A stretch of DNA of 64,000 bases from Octopus vulgaris (lineage: Eukaryota), in assembly GCA_951406725.2 (NCBI GenBank), contig OX597818.1, forward strand, positions 116,808,001 to 116,872,000, written 5' to 3'. Shown piece after piece: positions 54,661 through 64,000 of this stretch (positions are counted from its first letter, which is position 1; every line of letters starts with the position of its first letter). The notes beneath the pieces were generated by a model that did not search any database, was not told the origin of the DNA, and saw nothing but the letters and a program-made list of their open reading frames with translations. A program made the position numbers and the translations under genes.

Positions 54661-56743
54661 TACATGTATATATGTATGTGTGCGTGTATATGTGTGTGTT
54701 TGTGCGTGTGTGTGTATTCGTTTTGCCTCTCACAAAATTGTAAAATGTGGATTTGGAATCCAAACTGTGCAAGTTTTAAATAAAATGGCTTCCATCTAGT
54801 AGTGACTTTGCTGAATGGCCGTAGAGTGCCAATAAAATAAATTGTTTTTGCTTACGGTACACGTTAAATTAATTAGAATTTTACAAGCTATATGAGTATG
54901 CTATTTCACATAGTAAGTGATAGTGATAGTAAAGATATACAACCTTGCTCAAAATAAGAAATAAAAGTGAACACGACTTTTTAGATATAACAGTCACATT
55001 CCACTTAAAACTTATGCTAATACTTAAAAAGATAGCCGAAAACACGAAAGGTTATAATCGTAAATGCACTGAACCAGAATATACAATTACCAGCCGCTCT
55101 GATCAGGGTTAAATATCAACCATATAATAGCGGTCTCATTCTTCTAATTTGATAGAAATAAAATACTGAATATTGTGAAGCCATCGTTCAGAAACGATTG
55201 AGGAACTTCTATGATTATGCGAACTAACTACGCTTCAACTCAGAAGTGGGAACATCACCTTCTGAGCAATTGTTACTCTTGTTAATGATAGCTAATTGGT
55301 ATATGTCATAAAGAACCTCATCACTCATAACCCATGGTGCTTCATGCATGAGATATTGTTTCAATTAATATTGTGAGTAATTCGATTTTCTTGTTATTTT
55401 TGTTTTGCGAAAACATTAACGAAGGTGACGCATGCAGCGATTATCTGTGAGCATCTCACGAGAGATATAAGCAATCAAGAAACAGACATATTTATGATTA
55501 TCACGTGACCAATAACACGGATCGATTTTATTTCTTTGAAATTCTTTTTTAATCTCTTTTTTCTGGTTGTCATATGGAATGCTTAACCCACACTGGGGAG
55601 CAATAAATTTAACGAGTTTCTGTTATTTTAAATTGCAATGGAATTACATTCTCTTTCGACTTTGAAGCAGGCGTAAGATTTATTGGAAAACAGGGAGAGA
55701 TAGCTATGATATTAATTTTCTTATCAAGTTCACTCTCAATAAAACGGATTGAGTTGTTTTCAAATAGGAATCTTTCACAACTGAAACTACATTAATTTTT
55801 TTTACAAGTAATTCGAGTCCCTTCAAACAAAAGAATTATATTTCCAAAAATTTTCTTCGTTTCAAATGCATACGTTTTTTAAGACGTGCAAATCTATGGG
55901 GATGATATTTAAATAAGAATTATTTTACGATGGATAATCGTTTTATCAATTGTTGTATTATTTTTGCTCCTATTTAGGGGCATGAAACACATTTTGATAT
56001 TCGGGGTATCAATGAATATAGATCTCTTTACCAAAACTTTGGTCGACATTATTCAATGCCTTCTTTGTTTTCTGTGAAGTTAAATCCCATTCCAAAGATA
56101 TTTAATTGTCCAATTTTTTCAACTGACTGCTTGAAAGTTCAAACCTTGACTTGTTATATAATAAATAAAAAAGAAAATTGCTTTTTATTGCTCAAACTTT
56201 ATTGAATCATACATTGAGACAGACGCAATATACATCCAGCTACATACATCCAGTAAAGGCCCAGATATGCTGTAGGCAGTCACATCTCGAATTGTGTATG
56301 ATTAACAGAGTCGAATATAATGCGCAAATATTACAGCAATGAAATATAAAACAGTTTATGTTTTTAAAATGCCTACATTATATAGCTATTCGCCTTTTAT
56401 TAATTAGTTACTATTGACCGCATTATACAGGAAGAACAACGCGAGAATATTTGTTTCTGCTACGTTAACTCTATTATTTCATCTGTTACCATAAAAGTTA
56501 AAAATTTCCAGCTGTCTCTGATGAACAGCAACTGAAAATACAGCATGGACCACCTTTGTCTCGAGGTGTCCTTCTTCCAGTGTAAATCCCAATTTCTAAT
56601 TGTATCACATGGACACAGAATGACCCTTTATTATTGAGAGATTATAGGCTGCTCGGGCCCATCGACCCTAGTATTTCCCTGATCCTTATTTTAACGTGGA
56701 GGAAGACTGAACGGCACATTAAATCGATAGGTGAAAGAGTGTT

Positions 56744-56887
56744 GTATATTTGCCACTTAAATGTGGCTGACCCTTAAAGGTAGAAGCTACTGTAGCTTGT
56801 AGCCGCAGAAGGACACCTCCTTCTTTGGCTACAAGCTACAGTAGCATCACCCTTAAAGGGTTAGCCACATTTAAGTGACAAATATAC
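56744..56887. repeat. About 144-bp palindrome (foldback)
   Basis: GTATATTTGCCACTTAAATGTGGCT...GCTACTGTAGCTTGTAGCC followed by its reverse complement. Confidence 0.9.
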
Positions 56888-56954
56888 TTCGCGATGTCGT
56901 GCAGCTACTGTTTATACCTTGCTCAGAGCTTTTTTTATTAAAAGTGTGTAACTG

Positions 56955-57538
56955 TATACTTGTTGCTAAACCCTTAATTATATTTATAATTATACAAAAA
57001 AAACTTTCCGTACAAGATTTTAACGATAATGGTTTTTTCCATATCGAAACTACTTGGTAAAATTTATTAATTATTAAATTAATAATTCTTTACCCTACAT
57101 CTGTGATGATTATTTCACTCCCATATAGCAAACTGCAGTTTTTTTCTGCGGTACTATCTTGTGACGCACATGGTAACATTGAAGGGAAAATATGAGTTCA
57201 CTTGTCTATATAAATTTGGATTTGTTGACTACCTTGTGTTATGTTTCGATGGCGATTTGTCGAAGATGCAAAGGGTAGGTTTTTTAGCATTTTCAAATTT
57301 ATAATTCTCGAAATATTATGTCGATGAAGGAAATGAAGTTTTATAATTCTAATCCAGAAACGCGTCCACAATTAATCGTAGACTGTTTGATTTCGTTATG
57401 TTTTCTTCTTTTTGCCTGAGTTACAAATATTGTTGTCTGTGGAGCCATATTTATAGTTAAAAGAATTAGCTGTCTTTTGGCTGCTATTTCTAAATTTTCG
57501 GTATGTGGTGAAGCAACTTGTTGCTAAACCCTTAATTA
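56955..57538 (+). mobile_element. Family B-related PLE-type element in direct (permuted tandem) arrangement
   Basis: ACTTGTTGCTAAACCCTTAATTA occurs at about 56958 and 57516, with the hammerhead remnant between them. Confidence 0.55.
57315..57372 (+). ncRNA. Degenerate hammerhead motif
   Basis: ATTATG|TCGATGA|AGGA...TCCA|GAA|ACGCGT|C|CACAAT. Same stem II base (AGGA/TCCA) as 33607. Confidence 0.55.
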
Positions 57539-57563
57539 CACACACACACACGCACACACATAT

Positions 57564-57598
<35 letters not shown>

Positions 57599-58811
57599 TG
57601 CACTTGTGCGTATGAATGTATCTGTTACTTGTAACCTAATCCCACTGCTTAATGACCCATGATGGTCTGTTTCTGTCTCTATAATTTAACAGTTCGGCCG
57701 CTAAGGAGACCAATAGACCAATAAGTACTAAGCTTATGGAAATAAGTTGTTGGTTTGATTCGATCGAGTGAACACTTCAAAGTGGTATCCCAGCAATGCG
57801 GCAGTCTCATGACAAAAAACAAGTGAAAAATTTAATACTCTCACATACGCATACTTATATATATATATATATATACACACATACAAACATATACGTATAT
57901 TTTTATATAACATAAACCAACACCATGAATGCACTTGAGGATATCAATGAATCAATACAGTGGAAGTATGCGCATCAATGCTGCTCATTGAAATATAAAG
58001 CATGTCTTGCAGAAGTGAAAAACCATTCAGACATTTACCATTCATTTTAACAAATATTTTAATATTCAGTATCAATATTTATATTGGCGTAGGATCCAAA
58101 AGATATAAATCATTGACTTGTCAATAACGATATTAATAGCTTTGTGATTACCGGAAGTGGATCCTAGACAACGTCGAATCAACATTAGGATATGAATTAT
58201 GGAAAACATCTAAATATTTCAAATCATTCAAATGTCAATAATAGTTACAAGTAAAAATATCCTGAAACGAGCGACAGTTAACAGTTGCATTGTGATACAG
58301 AATTTTGAGATTTCCTTAATGCTATATTTGAATTAACATGCGTCTGAATTAAGGATTCTAAAGAGGATCCTGCATATCTTTTCAAATGTAAGATCATCTG
58401 AATATTTACATATTTATGCATATTTATGCTTCGTTTCGTTTTTGTTAAGTTGGCGCCTCAAAAATACATTTTCAGATGCAAGTTATGATTATATTTTAAG
58501 AATGAAGCAATCAGTAAATATCAGAAATGCTCGCGTTCTGTTATTAAAATAATTCGTATTGAATAAGCAGACAAAAGGCCAATATGTTGCTCATTTTCTT
58601 TATATTTAGGGATATTTTGAATTGAATCAACGGCTGTGAATTACAGACACAACGCATATTGATGCAGAACTTTTACAAATCAATACAGTCCCTGGTTGGT
58701 AAAATATCGTAAAAAAACTCATATTACATCGATAAAGTTAACCATTGGCTACGATTTAATCAACTGAGAAGGAACGTCGTCCATGGTATTTTTCGAGTCT
58801 TCTAAGATTGT

Positions 58812-58885
58812 GACACCTTGGGTAAGTGTCTTTTACTATAGCCTCGGGCCGCCCAAAGCCTTGTGAGTGGTTTTGGTAGATGGAA

Positions 58886-58922
<37 letters not shown>

Positions 58923-59140
58923 GTGTATGTTTGTGTGTCTGTGTTTGTCCCCCCAAATCGCTTGACAACCGATGCTGGTTTGTTTACGTCCCCGTAACTT
59001 AGCTGTTCGGCAAAAGAGACCGATAGAATAAGTATTAGGCTTACAAAGTATAAGTCCGGGGTCGATTTGCTCGACTAAAGGCGGCACTCCTGCATGGCCG
59101 CAGTCAAATGACTGAAACAAGTAAAAGAGTAAAAGAGTAA
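58812..59140 (+). mobile_element. CORE-like SINE, 5'-truncated
   Basis: Reverse-complement homologue of 26330-26690. Confidence 0.7.
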
Positions 59141-60094
59141 TCAGGATGTGTTGTTTATAACGCCTTAAACTGCGGTAAATGACCTCATGTTGATGACAAA
59201 TGCAAAAGAGCACAGATTATATCGTTTGACAATATTTTATCAGTAATGGCAGAAGCCATGTTGTATCACGTGATTTCACCGTATTTCGGATCATCAATCA
59301 CAGACAGCCATACACGGAATACTAAACAAAACAACCTGGTTATGTTAGCTGTGCTAAGTAAAGAGAAAAATATTCATCCACCTGGCTTGCAGAGAACACT
59401 TATATTTTCTTGTTTTTTCAAACATTATGCCATTAACTTATGCATAGGTCATTAATTATTCATGAGTCTTTCAAAATAAATTGATATAACATTCAGATTA
59501 TTCTCCATACATTTACAAATGTTAACACAATTAATCAAAAAAATAATAACAAAAATAAAATGATCTCTAAATATATCTTGATCTCTACCTACCGAGGCGT
59601 TCCTATTGCTCTGCAATATTTCTGTAGAATCTGAACGAGTATTAAACATCTACATTTTTCCTTCTATTACCAAATCTCAGAACTTACGTTTATGCAATGT
59701 ATAGAATATTATCATAAAACTGCCTCCCGATTAAATGTATCTTATTGATTAAATGTAATATATTCATTAAATTGCGACTTTGCTACTACAATATTCCCTC
59801 TCCGTTTACGGTTGATGAGCAAACGGTAACAATAATTACGTTATTTTAATTTACGACATTAATAACGAAAAGGAAATATTCATTAAAATATAATGTTTGA
59901 TTATATCATTAACACGAAGATAGTTAAATATTACAGGTGCCAATAACGCAGGTAGAATCATTAGCATGTTTGGTAAGATGCTTAGAGGCATTTCGTCCGT
60001 CTTCACGTTGTAAGTTCAAGCTCGGCTTTGCTTTTACACTTTCAGGGTCGGTAAAATTAAGCAACATTCATTTCAGCACTGCGGTCTACCTCAT

Positions 60095-60659
60095 TGTCTA
60101 GATCGCTCTGTCCATTAATATCATTTTCCCATTACATACGATGCCCCCTTTGTTACTTCCTGCGTATGTTTTTACCAACCAGTTAACAATTACAAAAACA
60201 CTTCCACTAACCTACTTCACGCACACACACATCACTATACATCGTATCCGCTACCAAACACACATCTACTCCTATACTATCATAACCACACCCGGTCCTT
60301 CCTCTTATCTTAACTGTTCACATGGAACAGCTCTGCCACCTGGTTTCTATTGATTCACCCATTTTCTTTCACTATTTGTCTTTTTCATACTTTTAGACTT
60401 CTCTCTTTCTTGTGATAAAGGACTAACTTCCGAAACGTTACTTACCCTTGTCTTCCAATAAAGTGTTCAGCTGATACATTATTTGCTAAACGTTGCCTTA
60501 CCTGCCCCTCCGAAAGTATTGTCCTTGTGTTACAATCTGAAATCAATATTAAAGATGATGGCGAGCTGGCAGCATCATTAGCACGCCGGGAAAAATCGTG
60601 AGCTGATCGCCCTAACCACTAAGCCACGCGCCTTCACTAATATATAGATAGATAAATAA

Positions 60660-60714
<55 letters not shown>

Positions 60715-60715
60715 G

Positions 60716-60752
<37 letters not shown>

Positions 60753-62230
60753 CATAGATAATAGACAGATAAATAGCTAGATAGATAAATAGATAGATAA
60801 CAGGTAGATAGATAATAGATAGAAAGATAGATTGATAGACAGATATTAAAGAGAAGCTGATTTAGGTGTGTACACACCATTTGACGACATGTGAAATGAA
60901 ATATATTCTCAGTGACAAATAGCGGTTATTAGCTTGTTCCCCAATTCGAACGTGCATCAAGCTTATTCGCATTGATAAATAAAATTGCAATTTCACTTAT
61001 CACTGCTTAGCCCTCCCCCTCCGTAAACACAAAAACATACTGCAGTTTATCCGATATCTACTTTCCTTGATAGAGAACCATACTTGTATTTGAAAACACA
61101 CAACGGAACACGCCTCCAATCATCAATACACTGACTCGCACTTAGGCGCTGCCACTTTTATACAAACGTCTCCAATCAACACGTATACACGCATAAACAT
61201 AGACACTCCGATATACGTAGGCAAGCTCACCCACTCACATGCCATCATACATGCATTCCCAAGTGCACGTACGTTCTTCCTCGCCTTGCCACTCCTGCTT
61301 TTCGTCGACAGCTGCGGATCACACTATTTCCTCTCTCATTCATTTCCCGCCTTGGCTTAACCGCCAATAATTTCTTAAGTTGTCAACACCTCCCATTTCG
61401 CCTGCTGGATCTCACCCGGTCTTCATTATTCTTTCAAAAGAAATAAATTCCATCGATACCATCCTTTTTGTTTTCTCAAAAACGTGTGAAAAAGTGATTT
61501 TCTCAGTTGTATAACTTCTATAGTGAAACATATTCAACATTTCTCAACCAAACAATTTACTATCAAAATCATGTTCTGCAGATTTTACCAATTCATTACA
61601 ATTCTGTGAATATTCCATCAAAGTTTCCGGATTTTCTACCAGCTTTTTGTTTAATTTTTACCCGTTTTTGACGTCTATTTCCTTATAAAAAATGTATACG
61701 GTTTCCTTTTTGTTTCTCTTTCCTTTTGTAGTTAAAGAAGCAATCGCTTACACACCCATACTTAGTTTTGTCACACGCTTGCACACTCATCTACCGCATT
61801 GTCTAGATCACTCTGTCCATCAATATCCTTTTCCCATTACATTCGATGCCCTTTCTTACTTCCTGTGTATTTTTTTTTACCGCCCAGTTAACAATTACAA
61901 ACACACTTCCACTAAACTACACCACATTAATTCCTTACGCACAAGAACTTCACGCACATAAACACAACTATACATCGTATCCGCTACCAAGCACACATCT
62001 ATTCCTATACTAGCATATCCACACCCGCTCCTTCCTCTTATATTAACTGTTCACATGGAACAGTTCTGCCACCTGGTTTCTATTGATTCACCCATTTTCT
62101 TTCACTATTTGTCTTTTTCATACTTTTATACTTCTCTCTTTCTTGTGATAAAGGACTAACTTCCGAAACGTTACTTACTCCTGTCTTCCCAATAAAGTGT
62201 TCAGCTGATACATTATTTGCTAAACGTTAT
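60095..62230 (+). mobile_element. Decayed PLE-type partial tandem (two pLTR-like copies)
   Basis: About 60095-60495 is repeated at about 61800-62230. Both contain GTGATAAAGGACTAACTTCCGAAACGTT, a hammerhead remnant. Confidence 0.55.
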
Positions 62231-62247
62231 TGCTTTGTTGCCTTTAA

Positions 62248-62640
62248 GAGGTGATATCAAAAAGTTCTGCGACTAGTTCTGTAACGTACCAACAGATGAC
62301 AGCACACGGTTGCATGCGCAGTGACCTTCATGAGGCAGTGTGCCGAGTAACATCACTGAGTTGTGAAATTTGTGTTTGTGTTTTTACATGTATTTTGTAG
62401 TTTGCGATTTTTGTCATGAACAGGAATCTGGAACAAAGAGCCAATGTTAAACTTTTTCGCTAAACTTGGGAAGTCTGCTACAGAAACATTGAGCATATTT
62501 CAGCAAGCATACGGTGACGAGCAATGAGTCCTAGACTATGTTTCAAGTGACACGAGCTCATCAAAAGCGGAAGAGCGTCCTTGGAAGACGACGGGTGATC
62601 TGAAGACCTGCCACGAACATTATTCCTGGCCTGGAAATGA
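62248..62640 (+). pseudogene. mariner 5' end and transposase N-terminus
   Basis: EQRANVK..KLGKSATETLSIFQQAYGD...KSGRASLEDD. Confidence 0.75.
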
Positions 62641-62879
62641 TAAGAAAATTCACCAGCATGCGGTTCTTCCACGCTGCAATTGTTTTTGTTTCATCACACG
62701 TTCTCAGATCAGTTCACTTGCTATGCAAGTACATATCCGTAATTCCTAAGGTAAAATATAGGCATACAGAAATTAGAAATATAGCTAATACGCACTTATT
62801 TATTCTCAGAAACCGCACTTTCTCATAGGTTAACATTATTTCATTACAAATCAATAAGAAGTAAGAAAACCAAAGAACA

Positions 62880-63120
62880 AATTCCCTCCCGATCCGTGGA
62901 CTCATACGTCTCGCTTTCCGTATTGAGTGAGGTACAAATTCTCTGACCTGTACGGAACGCTGGTCCGTAGAAGGATAACTCGTTTTTGCCTGCTGAGTAG
63001 ACTGCAGCAAGGTAAAGTGAGGTGCTTTGCTCAAGAAAACAATACATCGCCCGGTTCAGTAATCGAACCCACAATCTTAGAATCATGCGTTGAAGACCCT
63101 ACCCACGTAGCCATGCGCAT
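62880..63120 (-). mobile_element. tRNA-derived SINE
   Basis: Minus strand TGGCTACGTGGGTAGG...GGGTTCGATT then CTTGAGCAAAGCAC. Confidence 0.55.
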
Positions 63121-63448
63121 GAACTCATTTCTTTACAGTCTCAAACATAATCGTGATTCGTGTTTCCATTGGGCGAAATACCAGGCTGGCACCAAACCAA
63201 GTGCAATGCCTTGCCTGAGAGTGAAATACACGTAAGACCTATGAGTTAATGTATGAAAACGCACACAGACACACACACACAGATACACACACAGACACTA
63301 ACACACACGATGCACACACACAAACACATATTCATGCATGCTTAATTAGACATCGGTTTAAAAAATAACTGGGAAAAAGAAATTTCAAGATAAATTACTT
63401 AAAACGTATAGAGATATTTATATTGTTGCAACACTAGACCTAGTAATT

Positions 63449-63525
<77 letters not shown>

Positions 63526-63563
63526 CATCTATCTATCTATCTGTCTGTCTATCTTAATATCTG

Positions 63564-63705
<142 letters not shown>

Positions 63706-64000
63706 CTAGCAGTATCACCCGGCGTTGCTTTAGAATTGAAATTTTTGAAAAGTAAAAATTTTGCATTATGTAGCTTGTTATTCTCTTTAAGTGAACAATT
63801 TTCTGGTTGAAATACACCGAAAAATGGCGACAGTCAAAAAATCGTAAAAAAAATAGGGATTTTCATAGAAAAAAAGCACCTTTTTGATGTAAATAACTTT
63901 TGGTGTTAACATGGTCCGATTTGAATTTTTTTCTTTTACGGAATGAAGAGCAAGCCTTCTATCATACTCTCAATTTTGGTTAACTTGCGCCGCAGGGTCT
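63706..64000 (-). mobile_element. Non-autonomous Helitron 3' end (runs off the window)
   Basis: CTAGCAGTATCACCCGGCGTTGCT matches the 51239 terminus. Confidence 0.7.

Overview
AT-rich, microsatellite-saturated animal DNA with no recognisable host exon. The SINE repertoire suggests an octopod cephalopod (inference). The dominant feature is a young, near-intact Penelope-like retroelement (PLE; Neptune-type RT + Cys linker + GIY-YIG) at 4382-10220 in the classic partial-tandem/pseudo-LTR layout, with a minimal hammerhead ribozyme (HHR) motif in each pseudo-LTR. The main hunt result is a window-wide population of short non-coding elements embedded in (TA)n tracts. Several carry type I HHR motifs whose catalytic 3:8 pair occurs as C:G, U:A and G:C. 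At least six share an asymmetric, outward-facing foldback architecture, with one long and one short 3' arm. The rest is SINEs (one family as head-less concatemers), a cluster of R4/Dong-like RLE retrotransposon remnants in (TAA)n, CR1/RTE fragments, Tc1/mariner/pogo remnants and MITEs, and non-autonomous Helitrons. All calls are by eye; boundaries of degenerate elements are approximate.
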